DNA of 64,000 nucleotides from Lytechinus pictus (taxonomy: Eukaryota): NCBI RefSeq assembly GCF_037042905.1, contig NC_087250.1, positions 17,362,001 to 17,426,000 on the forward strand, given 5' to 3'. The notes under the pieces are model-generated. The model had not been told where the DNA came from. It did no database searches and saw only the letters and a program-made list of their open reading frames with translations. How positions within the stretch are numbered: position 1 is the stretch's first letter; every line of letters starts with the position of its first letter. A program made the position numbers and the translations under genes. This document shows positions 38,658-50,895 of this stretch, in pieces.

Positions 38658-40071
38658 GAAGAGTTTAGTTGCAAAAGGGATTAGGTCCACTTTGGACCAT
38701 TCCGAGAAAAACCATGTTTTTATTCTCACTTATTGCAATAGTCTTATGAGAAACTAAATTGTCATGATGTACTACCCTATCATGTGAACATAAAATTGGG
38801 TATAAAAGAAATCTACCTGTCTTCAATTTTTTTCTATATATCTTTAAAAAAATTATCATTGTGGACCTAACCCCTTTTGCAACTAAACTGAAATGAATCC
38901 AATCTCTTTTGATTAAAGGTCAAGTCCACCCCAGGAAAATGCTGACTTGAATAAATAAAGAAAAATCAAACTAGCCTAGTGCTGAAAATTTCATCAAAAT
39001 CGGATGTAAAATAAGAAAGTTATGACATTTTAAAGTTTCGCTTATTTTTACAAAACAGTGATATGCACAACTAGCTGAGTCAGTCGATGATGTCCATCAC
39101 TCACTATTTCTTTTGTTTTTTATTGTTTGAATTATACAATATTTCATTTTTTTTAGATTTGATAATAAGGACCAACTTGACTGAACCATATAGTATTAAA
39201 CAATGCTAAAACCACATGTTCAGGGAGGAATTAATCATTGTATCACTTGACAATTAGGAGAAAATTAGAATATTTCATATTTCATATAATAAAATACAAA
39301 AGAAATAGTGAGTGGATGACGTCATAGTCTCCTCATTTGCATACCAGCAAGGATGTGCATATAACTGTTTTGTGAAATTAAGCGAAACTTTAAAACGTCA
39401 TAACTTTCTTATTTTACATCCGATTTTGATGAAATTTTCAGTGATATGCTTGTTGGATTTTTCTCTTTTTATTAAAATCAACTTTTTGTTGGGGTGGACT
39501 TGTCCTTTAAGAAAGTGATTTTTCTTTGCCACTTTCATTCACGTTTTCATTTGAATTTCAAATTTTCTTTCGTATCATCAAAGTGACTAAAAATTTAGAG
39601 GTTTAGAGACAGAAAACAATTACATTTATGAAAAATGGACCGAACCCATTTTGACAAATGAGTTCTTCAAAAGAGTTTTGTTGCAAAAGGGGTTAGGTCC
39701 ACTCCAAGAAAATAATTTTTTTAATTCTCCCATATTGCAATATTCTTATGCGAAACTGAATTTTCATGATACCCTTCCATGAGAACATGAAATTGGGTAT
39801 AAAAGAAATCTACCTGTCTTCATATATTTTATGATATACTTTTCCAAAAAAATTCTGTTTGGACCTAACCCCTTTTGCAACTAAACTGAAATGGACCTAA
39901 CCTTTTTGAAAAAAAAAGTGGCTTTTCTTTGCCATTTTAGTTAACTTTTTAATCGGAATTTCAACTTTTCTTTGGTATCATCTCATAGAGCTACTAAAAA
40001 TCTATACATTGAGACATAAAAATCAAATTTGATGAAAAATGGACCTAACCCCTTTTGCAAGTGAGCTCTTC
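38658..40071 (+). mobile_element. Head-to-tail dimer of a ~400-bp Sola-like element
   Basis: GAAGAG...CTCTTC ends, 4-bp TSD ATTT, second unit restarts at ~39671, internal ggacctaaccccttttgcaa repeats. Confidence 0.75.
38917..39506 (+). mobile_element. Kolobok-like MITE
   Basis: TTAA TSD and AGG(T/A)CAAGTCCACCCC TIRs. Confidence 0.88.
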
Positions 40072-40206
40072 ATTTATTGAAACATGCCTTTTTAGGCAAC
40101 ATGTCATGTAAGCACTCCGACGCACTCGATAATTGGCCTCTGATTATAACTAACAGCATTCATGTTAAACTGTATTATGGTTTCAAATGAGTCGAGTGAC
40201 TGCAAT

Positions 40207-40385
40207 CAGTGGCGTAACTAAAAAAGGCCTTCAAGTTTAAAGGAGGGGGTCACTTGTGGCTCGTCAGGGATCAGTTTTGACTCGTCAGGGGGGGGCAGGG
40301 ATACGTCCCTTGCATGTGTTGCGACTCATCAGGGGGCACACTGTCCCCCTGCCTCCCCCCCCCCCCCTCCTTATGTACGATAATG
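40207..40385 (+). mobile_element. Short hAT-like MITE
   Basis: CAGTGGCGTA start, TSD ACTGCA(A/G)T, absent at the paralogous site ~47845. Confidence 0.7.
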
Positions 40386-42211
40386 ACTGCAGTTGAGTAC
40401 ACTAATAAAAGGGTAAGGAGCGGAGGTTGATGAGAGATATGGGAAACAGAGAAAGAACGATGTGAAAGGGAGAGAAGGGAGAGGCATGGCGTTAACTTGG
40501 CCTAAACAACGATATAGAGAGGGGTGTTCAGTTTGAAGTTATCTTAAAGGAAAACCGAAGGGCAAGCGCGAAAATAACTCCCGTCCAATCAGTGCTTTCT
40601 TTGACTGCATTAAAAAAATGAATTTGGTCGTCCTATGCGCCCCTTTGAGAAAAAAAAATCTTGTTTGGGCTACCGAGCGAACTAAAAAACAAATAGAACG
40701 ACGATGTTGGATAAGAATTATGCTGTCAATGATACAGAATGATTTGACAATTTTAGAAAATATGTGGGTTGAAGATCCCATCCACTCCCATACAGCACAT
40801 ACTTTATTTTTTGCTTTTACGCTCACTCTCTCTCTCTCCTATATTATAGAAAACGTGGGCTGTATGGCCCACAAAACACACACACCACACGGGCTGCGGA
40901 CTAGGCCCTTGAAACGATATTTGACTGGGGGTGCTGATGTAAATTTGAAAAGCAAAAAAAAAAGGTTTCCACTACGAAATGGAGATCAAATATTGTTCCC
41001 GACAAATTTGAATAGCCAAAAAAAAATGGTTTTCCCTCATTACTAAATAAATTGTTCCCGAGAAATTTGAAAAAGGGGGGTTTCACTACAAAAAGAAGGT
41101 CAGTTTCGTTACTTGTTCCCATTTTTACACATCTTCCAGAATAACAGGTGGTGCTGCCTATGGAGAATAATGCACGCAGCACCCCCACTTTCTAGGGCCA
41201 TGGCTGCAGAACAAGATGTGAAATTTTCACGTGCGAGCTACGTCCGCACCACGTCGTTGTGAAGTTTATGTTGCGAACGTGTACGTTCTAACTACATCAA
41301 GCATATATCCCGACTTGCTGTATCTCGTCTATTTGGAAGTAGAGCCAACTGATACCCCCATTACACCAACGCTACATCCATCCAGTTCTCGCTGCGTCAA
41401 AGAAAAATGGCATTGACGCAGTGGGAACTGCTACAGCGTACTAAGAGCGCTAGCGAGAACTGTTATAGACGTGGCATAGTCTGCATGATCTCCGGAGACC
41501 GATTTTCCGTCACGTTTCCTCTTACTTTCTAAAATGGTAATCAATGATCAATCAGATTTGAAAAAAATAAAAAGCATCCGCTAGATATTTTTTCATTCAC
41601 AACCTTGATCCACATTAAGGTGACAATGGTTCGGAGAACTTATGATTACGATGGGGGTTATGCTCGTAGTGGTATACATCAATTAAGCTTTTCATCCTTT
41701 TTTCCTTGGCATTTGCAGCATCATGAAGCGAGCGTCCTTCATCTTTTCACTTTATTTTTATATATATTTTTGTTTCACTTCGAGCGTGTAAGTTACTGAT
41801 GACGCTTCTAAAAAGGAATATGAAGTTTGCCACATCTATTTACAAGTGAGTTTGAGAAAGAAGAAGCGCTATATATGATTGACATATTTCAGTCCACAAA
41901 GAACGATGGGTTATGCTGGATTGGTTGACATCAATCAAGCGTTTCACCCACTTTTTCCTTTTCCGGTCGCAGCATCATGAAGTGAGCGTCCGTCGTACGT
42001 CTTTCTTCTATTTCTCCACATCCCACCTGCAAAGTCGTCGATGAAACTTTTCAAAAGCCATTGAAATTTTGATCGTTCTAGAATTCAGACGGCATTGGTC
42101 ATGTTGGTACACAAGTGCGTTTGAGAGGGGAAATACGAATGTTATATTTCACTGTTCAAATTTTAGTCCACAAAGAACAGAACACATCGAATCCGATTCC
42201 GAACTCGAGCA

Positions 42212-43186
42212 ATGACGACCACAATGTCATCTACAGTTCTACCTTCTAACCAGTCATGGACATTGGAAGATATGAACTGGAGATCTTGGGACACCATTCT
42301 CCAATCAATAACATCATCCTTAGGCGCTCTAGGTAATCTAGTTGTCCTTCTAGTACTGTTTCCCCAACGCTCCTTCAGTCGTTCCACTGATACCTTGATA
42401 GGCAGTCTTGCCGTGGCTGATTTTCTTACTTCCTTGCTTCTTCTTCCGTTTCCAAGACCTAGAACAGTGTCGCTAAACTGGCTCGGTCTACTCTACTGTT
42501 GGACGTTGTATTCTACCACGCTCATTTGGATTTGTATCACCGCTTCGATTTATATTCTCCTATTTATCTGCTTCGATAGATACATCGCTATTGCGTGTCC
42601 ATTGAAATACAACATTTATATCACCAAAAGGCGCGTCCGGCTCGGGGTTGGTGTAATATGGATGTGGTCTTTGATTAAGCTATGGAATAACTACCGCTTC
42701 AAGATTGACCCAACGAACCAGGAATGCATCGCTGAAGATCTCTCAGAGTTCACGAGGATATTCACCGGTTCCCTCAACTTCATCTTCTTGTATGCAATTC
42801 CGGTAATGACTATGCTGATAACGCAGATTCTGAGTGCCCGCATGCTGCTTCGTCAGTCTCTCCGTTTCGCTGCTACCTCGCATTCGAAACCATCATATCA
42901 CCTGGCCGCTCGGCGTAGGGTACTGCGAATGATGGCCATTGTCGTTGCCACATTCATCATCACCATTGGCCCAAATCAATTCGTCTACTTTTGCTACAAC
43001 CTTGGAGTCATGCCAGAGTGGTTTTATTTGGGTACACTCCATCGCTTTACGGTTGTTCTGGCATCATTCAACTCGTGCCTCAACCCTTTCATCTACGCAT
43101 GCCAAAATAAACGATTCCGTCAAGGTGTCAGGGAAATATGGACCAAGTCTGACACGGCTAGAGCTCCTATTTTCGGTCATATTTGA
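42212..43186 (+). CDS. Rhodopsin-class (class A) GPCR, galanin/allatostatin-receptor-like orphan, copy 1 (324 aa)
   Basis: Intronless ORF with 7 hydrophobic segments; GN (TM1), LAVAD (TM2), DRY, Cys in TM3 and ECL2, NPFIY; N-terminal NQS glycosylation site. Confidence 0.93.
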   Translation: MTTTMSSTVLPSNQSWTLEDMNWRSWDTILQSITSSLGALGNLVVLLVLFPQRSFSRSTDTLIGSLAVADFLTSLLLLPFPRPRTVSLNWLGLLYCWTLYSTTLIWICITASIYILLFICFDRYIAIACPLKYNIYITKRRVRLGVGVIWMWSLIKLWNNYRFKIDPTNQECIAEDLSEFTRIFTGSLNFIFLYAIPVMTMLITQILSARMLLRQSLRFAATSHSKPSYHLAARRRVLRMMAIVVATFIITIGPNQFVYFCYNLGVMPEWFYLGTLHRFTVVLASFNSCLNPFIYACQNKRFRQGVREIWTKSDTARAPIFGHI

Positions 43187-43774
43187 GTGGTCCTTACAAA
43201 AGGGACATTTTACTGAACGGTGACATATATCACCCTGGTTCGTGATTTAGCCTAAAGGATCCGGGTTATTTGGACTCCTTCCCCCTTTAGACTAATATGG
43301 TTGAGCGTCAATCGTTGTCTTCGGATTATATGACATTTTGTACCGCGAACTTAGCTCGTTATTTGCTCCTGTGCCATTTGCTCCTCCGCCAATTTCTCCA
43401 AAAAAATATAAAGTGACGGTATAAGGGCTATAAAAAAGGTTTAAGGGTTCAAAGTGACTGGAGTATGAGGATTGGGTTAGGGGTCGCTTCGATTTTGGGG
43501 TCTATATTCGGCTAAATAAGTGAAATTTCGGTAGGAGCAATTGTCGCAGGAGAAAATGACGTGGAACCCTTAAAATTGCTGTTCCATTAATTTCCCTGAT
43601 ATAAGGCGAGGGCTAGGGTTGTGATCAGGTTCTTTGGTTCAGAATTAGGATTATGATGGAGGCTATGAGTATGACAAAGGCTATTAGGGTAAACTAGCAA
43701 GGTTTGAAGCTAAAGCTTTCTCGTTGGCTTGATGTTTCCATTTTCGTAAGAGCAAATGCCGCGTTACTGGCCTG

Positions 43775-44751
43775 CACTGTTAAAAAATTCCTGCAGCAGA
43801 GTCTCAAGAATCCCTGTAATCTTACTGCACTGTGTAATCTTACATGCATTTGTGTAAAATCACAAAAAACTGGTATTTGGTGTAGGTAACTTTACAAATT
43901 TTTTGTAATAAAACTCTATTCCCTTCTTTTTAAGACCTTTTGTAAAATTGTTTTTAAAAAAATATATATATATAAATCTTTCCTGTTATAACAATTTACA
44001 GAATGATTTGTAATTTCTTTCTGTAAAATATGTTTTTGTCTCGAGACTATAGGTGCCGCTTTTCCGACGGCGGCGGAGTCGTCAACATTGAAATCTTAAT
44101 TAAGATTTAGTTTTTGAAATGTCATCATAACTTAGAAAGTATATATGGACCTAGTCCATGAAACTGAAACATAATGGTAATAGTGTATCACTGAAGATCC
44201 TGCCAGAGTTTCAGGTCACATGGCCAAGGTCAAAGGTCAATTAGTGTCAACGAAATATGACCATGCCGAGGGTATTTGTGGAATTATAATCGAAACTTTG
44301 AAAGTTATAGATCTACACATGTAGTTCATGAAACATAGACATAAGGGTTATCTGGTGGGTGTTTCATAAAGCTGTTCGTAAGATAAGAACGACTTTAAGA
44401 ACGACTGGTGAACCTTTCTTACGCTCTAAATAATTACCAATGGTGAATATCATTTACCACAAGAAAGGATCACCAGTCGTTCTTAAAGTCGCTCTTAACT
44501 TACGAATATCTTTATGAAACACCCACCAGGTATGTTATGCACACGTCTTAGGTCACATGATTATGGTCAAAGGTCATGTTGGGTCAATGGACATAGTATT
44601 TTATTACCATGCGAGTGTTTTCTTTTGTGAATAATAATAGCTGTTTTCAAAGTCATTACTGTTGCTAAATTGAATCGCGTAATGCAGGCGAGACAGCCAC
44701 AGGCGTTCCACTTTTTTAATTTCTGTAACATGTTTTTTGTTTCTAACAGTG
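43775..44751. mobile_element. EnSpm/CACTA-like MITE hosting a HINE (44034-44714), which hosts a CWG MITE (44355-44526); repeated at +7657
   Basis: CACTGTTA...TAACAGTG ends with TG TSD. The inner MITE is absent from the third paralog (~60011). Confidence 0.75.
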
Positions 44752-47700
44752 TGGTTGAGGATAGCTGGCCTCAGACCTTGCCAAACTCAAACCATCTTGT
44801 TCACATGATTAGAATAGACAAGGGCACAGTTTGATAAAGTTAGGCAGTACTTGACTGACAGGTTTCATGACCTGAATTGGTTACCATAGAAACAGTCAAC
44901 ACTAGTGCTGTTGTCGTGAACAAAAATCCGTGTCGACATGTCGCTTAAAATTAATCCCAACATCGACAATGTCGACATGAAAAGCGGACCGTAATTTAGC
45001 CTAGGCTGTTGCTATATTGAATGGCGTAATGCAGGCGAGACACCCAGAGGCGTTCCACTTTTTTAATTTCTGTAACATCTTCTGTTTTTTTTCTTCTAAC
45101 AGTGTGGTTGAAGTTGTCTGGCCTCAGAGCTTGCCACACTCCAACCATCTTGATTAGAATAGACAAGGGCACAGTTTGATTAAATTTGGCAGGACTTGAC
45201 TGACAGGTTTCATTACCTTAATAGGTTACCATAGAAACAGTCAACAGAAAATATCAATAAATCATACTGCCATCATCGTCTTTAATTGAAAGATGCCTAT
45301 TTGACATTGTCACTCCATTAGAGCAGCATTAGCAAGCAATTAATTGATAATTTAGTAATGGTGTCTCTTGACTTGCATTTCTTTAATCGACTAGGTTCAA
45401 TAAAACTTAACGCCACACTACAGTTTAAGTAAGGATGCGATGACTGATATGACTTAAGGGTAGATCAAGGATTTCATTGTTTTGTTTATAGTGCCCACTG
45501 GTGTATAGTCAAACGAAAAAGAAACACAAATTGCTTGAAATTGATTTTGTGTATTTATTTTTTAACATTCTAAGAGACGAGTAGGTGGTTTACTTTTCAC
45601 CAAGTAACCTCCATTAGACTTAATCAAATTAATCACTAAACAAATAACATGGAATAACCCCTCTTAAGGAGTATCAGAAAGGGAATAATGGTTCTGTATA
45701 GAAGCTTTAAAGTGCCATCTATAACTTGATGAAATGTGAGATATTGTATCAGGCCAAGTCGACTTAAAGCGACCTTCCATAAAAAAATCATGGGGAAATC
45801 AAGGCTAATCTCAGAACAGAGAAGGGATTCAAGTCTTTCACTCGGCTGCATGCCTAGGGGTATCATGTCTGGGAGGTCTAATATAGGGAAGCAATAGTTT
45901 GTAGACTAACCAACCAGAAGTAAACTGCGTATTTTCACTTTGAAACATGGAACTTCACAAAGGGTATTTATTTTGGTTTAGCAATCAAGAGACCTGCAAA
46001 GAGTCTAGGAACTGGGATTGTTGGAAACTAGAACTGCGACGACCCGTAGTAAATACGATCACAAGTTCGGTCTAATTTGTGCTGTCTGAACTTTTATCGC
46101 ATTAGTCCGACGGGCTCTCATGACGGACGGATTATATTATAAATTCAAGTCAATTGGCGTTTTGCAAACTTCGTATTGATTCAATTTTCCCACGATTTGT
46201 CGATTGCTGGTCGCTTTAATATATCATGTTGACTTATTTACTTTGTAAGTTGACTTGATTATGTTGCCATTTTGACTTATACAATGTTATGCCATTACAG
46301 TGAAATGAAATGTGTTGTCATGGAGACATAAGTAATCTTGCAACTTGGTCAACTTCTAAAAGTTAAATCTTGACATTACAGCATACCAAGATGACTTAAC
46401 AAGGAACTACATCACCAAGTCGACTTGTATTTAGTTTAAAGTCAACTTGGCCAGAGGACCGTTTCATAGAACTGTTCGTAAGTTAAAAGCGACTTTAAGA
46501 ACGACTGGTGAACATTTCCTACGTACTTATGGGTTTGCCATTGAGATAATATTGCACCTACTTGCCATAGAGAGAAAATAAATTTAAAAACTTGTGAATC
46601 CCTACTCACGACTCGACGGATTTTTTTATCAATGCAAGTGGAATATTTATGTGTAACTGTATGCTTTATATGATGTCGTGTAATAGAAACTGTGGTTTAA
46701 GAAAGATAATGTTTACGTCTTTCGAGACGTACAGCACGTCGAAATAGCCAGATCGCCCTGGCCTGCTCTAACCCAAGATTGAATCATATGTTTTTGAGAT
46801 AAATAATAATAATAATAGCTGGACTTTTAACATGTTTAAAGCGCTTTGGGGGTGAGGATACAAAGAGCTGATGTTATTACCCCAGCTATAGTCGTTTGCT
46901 TACAGGCGCTCTGGCATTCGAGGAATTTCTTCCCATTCACCTCACCTGGGTTGAGTGCAGCACAATGTGGGTAAATTTCTTGCTGAAGAAAAACACACCA
47001 TAGCTTGGAATCGAACCAATATCCCTCAGATTATTATTATTATTATTGACTTATTGAGATTAAAACACGCGAGTCATAATCACTATAGACCACGACGCGT
47101 CGTGGTCTAGTGATTATGACTCGCGACGCCCCCACAAAATCCTGTATGGAGTACCCGAGGGCAATACTTTCGCACGATACGTTTTTAATATCCCATCTTG
47201 TTATGGACTAACACATATCTCCTCTGGGGAATAAAATAGTTTTGGATGCTAAATAAGTCCGGACACGATGTATCTGTGAAAATAACCCTACAACTTCGAA
47301 AAGACAAGAGTTCGTATATATTTCAAAATCCACCGCCATACCAGATCCAGGATCTTGAAATATATGGGGCGCAAATTACAAATTATAGAGAAATGTGTAC
47401 CCCGACTGGAATAGCAAACCAAGAAGATTGACGGTTGAATTTTAGGACTTGACCTTTTTTTCCAAACTCCGTCTGAATCATTCGTGAAGTATAAGCAACA
47501 TGTCATATAAGCACGACCAGTGGCGTACAGATGGGGTGCTTGCACCCCCCCCCCCGCCCTAATTTCTCACGACGATGAAAAAAAGAGCAAAGGAAAGAGA
47601 GAAGGGTAAATATGACATTAATTTCTGATTAATATATCAAAATCTATCACAAAATATTGTTTAAATAAAAATGTCGAAACTTTTGCCGATACGCCTTTCT

Positions 47701-49914
47701 CTGCTCCCCCCCCCCCCTCGATTTTTTTTGCTAATTATGCTCCTGAGCACAAGTGGATCTCCGACGCACTGGATAATTGGCTTCTGATTATAACTGAAAG
47801 CATTCGTGTTGAACTGTATTATGGTTTCAAATGAGTCGAGTGACCGCAATTGAGTACACTAATAAAAGGGTGAGGAGCGCAAGATGATGAGAGATATGGG
47901 GGAGAACGAGAAAGGGGGAGAAGGGAGATGCATGTCGTTAACCTGACCTACACAACGATATAGAGAGGGGTGTTCAGTTTGAACGAGGAGTTTGAAGTTA
48001 TCTTAAAGAGAAACCGAAGGATAAGCGCGAAAATAAGTAACTCCCGTCCAATCAGTGCTTTCTTGGACACCAATAGAAAAAAATCAGATTAATTTTTGTC
48101 ATCCGTTGCGCCCCTTTGAAAAAAAAATTTGTTTCGGCTACCTAACTAGAAATAAAAACCTAAATAGAACGATAATATTGGATATTATGCTGTCAATGAT
48201 ACAGAATGATTTAGCCAAATTTGACAATTTTAGAAAATCTGTGGGCTCAATGTCCCACCCCATACACACATAAATACTTTCTTTTTTGCTTTCTCGCTCT
48301 CTGCCTTATATTTTAGAAGACATGGGGTCAATAGCCCACAAAACACACAAAAACCACGGGCCACGGAACAGTTTTGAAAGGGCTGGGGCTGAACCGAAAG
48401 TGGGGGCTGACCATGCAAAAAAATCACAAACAGATTGGTCATTTTTACGTTTTTGTACATGGTTTTGGATAAATGGGAAGGCTGAGCCCCCCCTCTCCCC
48501 CCCTCCCCCTCGGTTCTACGGCCCCTGTGCGACACACACACACACACACACACACTCTCTCTCTCTCTCTCTCCTCCCCCACTCTCTCTCTGTAACATGT
48601 ATTTGCGAGCGAGTGTTCCCTTTTGTTGATTGGCTTGTTGTATGATATGCACTTAAATATGTCAATCTCCTTGACTCGCATTTGGTAGCCGTTTATTTAT
48701 CGGAGTCCCCTTTACACCAGATGAAGTTCCCGCTACGTTGTAGTAATTTAAAAACAAACCTCAGACGTGGCGGCAACTTCGCTTGATATTCTAGAAAGAT
48801 TTGAAATTTTCACGTGCGAGCTACGTCCGCACCACGTCGTAGTGAAGTTTATGTTGCGTACGTGTACGTTCTGACTACATCAAGCAGATATCGCGACTTG
48901 TTTTACCTTGTCTATTTGGACGTAGCACCAACTGATACCCTCTTTACAACAACGCTACATACATGCAGTTCTCGCTGCGTCAAAGAAATGGCATTGACGC
49001 AGAGAGAACTGCTACAGCGTACTGAGAGCGTATAGCGAGAACTGTTATTGACGTGACATAGTCTGCATGATCTCTGTAGACCCATTTTCTGTCACGTGGA
49101 CTTTGAAACAATTGTCCGAAGTCCAACTAGCAAAAGCACCGTCTGAACAGTGCCTTAATTACTGCGATGATGCCCCTGCTCTTCATACATGCTCAAGGTT
49201 CCGCACTGACATACGTTTCCTCCTACTTTCTAAAATGCTAATCAACGATCAATCAGATTTGAAAAAATGTACCACTAGATATGTTTTCATCCACAACCTC
49301 GATCCATATTAAGGTGACAATGGTTCGGAGAACTAATGACAATGCTGGAGGATTTTTATGCTGGTTGACATCAATAATTTAGCGTTTGATCCAGTTTTTC
49401 CATTGCGGTTGCAGCATCATTAAGCGAGTGTTCATCATGTTTACTCTAAATTTTCTTTCACTTCTAGCGAGTAAATCACTGATGACACTTCTAATAAGCA
49501 ATGGGGTGTCTTGATAAATCCTTCGTTGAATGCAGGCCACATCCATTACAAGTGCGTTGATAGCAGAAAGAAGAAGCGTTATATCTGATTGACAAATTTC
49601 AGTCCAAAACGAACAATGGGTTATGCTGATTTGGTTGACACCAACCAAGCATTTTCCTGTACGGTTGTAGCATGATGTGAGCGTCCGTCGTACCTGTTTC
49701 CTCTATTTCTACACTTCCCACCTGCAAAGCCGTCAATAAATCTTTTCAAAAGCCATTGAAAGTTTGATCTCTTCGTTGTAGAATATTATTCAGACGGTAT
49801 TGGTACACAAGTGTGTTTCAGAGGGGAAAGAGGAATGTTATATTTCACTGTTTAAATTTTAGTCCACAAAGAACTGAACGCATTGAATCCGATTACTCAC
49901 ACCGAACTCGAGCA

Positions 49915-50895
49915 ATGATGACCTCAATATCATCTACAGTTCTACCTTCTAACCAGTCATGGACATTGGAAGATATCAACTGGAGATCTTGGGACACCAT
50001 TCTCCAATCAATATCATCATCCTTAGGCGCTCTAGGTAATCTAGTTGTTCTTCTAGTACTGTTTCCCCAACGCTCCTTCAGTCGTTCCACTGATACCTTG
50101 ATAGGCAGTCTTGCCGTGGCTGATTTTCTTACTTCCTTGCTTCTTCTTCCGTTTCCAAGACCTAGAACAGTGTCGCTAAACTGGCTCGGTCTACTCTACT
50201 GTAGGACGTTGTATTCTACCTCGCTCATTTGGATTTGTATCACCGCTTCGATTTATATTCTCCTATTTATCTGCTTCGATAGATACATCGCTATTGCGTG
50301 TCCATTGAAATACAACATTTATATCACCAAAAGGCGCGTCCGGCTCGGGGTTGGTGTAATATGGATGTGGTCTTTGATTAATCTATGGAATAACTACCGC
50401 TTCAAGATTGACCCAACGAACCAGGAATGCATCGCTGAAGATCTCTCAGAGTTCACAAGGATATTCACCGGTTCCCTCAACTTCATCTTCTTGTATGCAA
50501 TTCCGGTAATGACTATGCTGATAACGCAGATTCTGAGTGCCCGCATGCTGCTTCGTCAGTCTCTCCGTTTCGCTGCTACCTCGCATTCGAAACCATCATA
50601 TCACCTGGCCGCTCGGCGTAGGGTACTGCGAATGATGGCCATTGTCGTTGCCACATTCATCATCACCATTGGCCCAAATCAATTCGTCTACTTTTGCTAC
50701 AACCTTGGAGTCATGCCAGAGTGGTTTTATTTGGGTACACTACATCGCTTTACGGTTGTTCTGGCATCATTCAACTCGTGCCTCAACCCTTTCATCTACG
50801 CATGCCAAAATAAACGATTCCGTCAAGGTGTCAGGGAAATATGGACCAAGTCTGACACGGCTAGAGCTCCTATTTTCGGTCATACTGAACGGTGA
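49915..50895 (+). CDS. Class A GPCR copy 2 (326 aa), apparently chimeric, C-terminus GHTER
   Basis: Paralog of copy 1. ATG at 49915 aligns with the starts of copies 1 and 3. A 31-bp deletion removes the ancestral stop codon. Confidence 0.92.
   Translation: MMTSISSTVLPSNQSWTLEDINWRSWDTILQSISSSLGALGNLVVLLVLFPQRSFSRSTDTLIGSLAVADFLTSLLLLPFPRPRTVSLNWLGLLYCRTLYSTSLIWICITASIYILLFICFDRYIAIACPLKYNIYITKRRVRLGVGVIWMWSLINLWNNYRFKIDPTNQECIAEDLSEFTRIFTGSLNFIFLYAIPVMTMLITQILSARMLLRQSLRFAATSHSKPSYHLAARRRVLRMMAIVVATFIITIGPNQFVYFCYNLGVMPEWFYLGTLHRFTVVLASFNSCLNPFIYACQNKRFRQGVREIWTKSDTARAPIFGHTER

Noticed and set aside
45636..46215. Possible LINE or gene remnant (76-aa ORF, duplicated at 53293)
   Set aside because: No recognisable motif in the frames I read; identity between copies only reflects the recent duplication; much of it is absent from the third paralog.
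49813..49914. 34-aa N-terminal extension of GPCR copy 2
   Set aside because: Starts at GTG, is not supported by the paralog ORFs and spans a likely splice acceptor; ATG 49915 matches the other copies.
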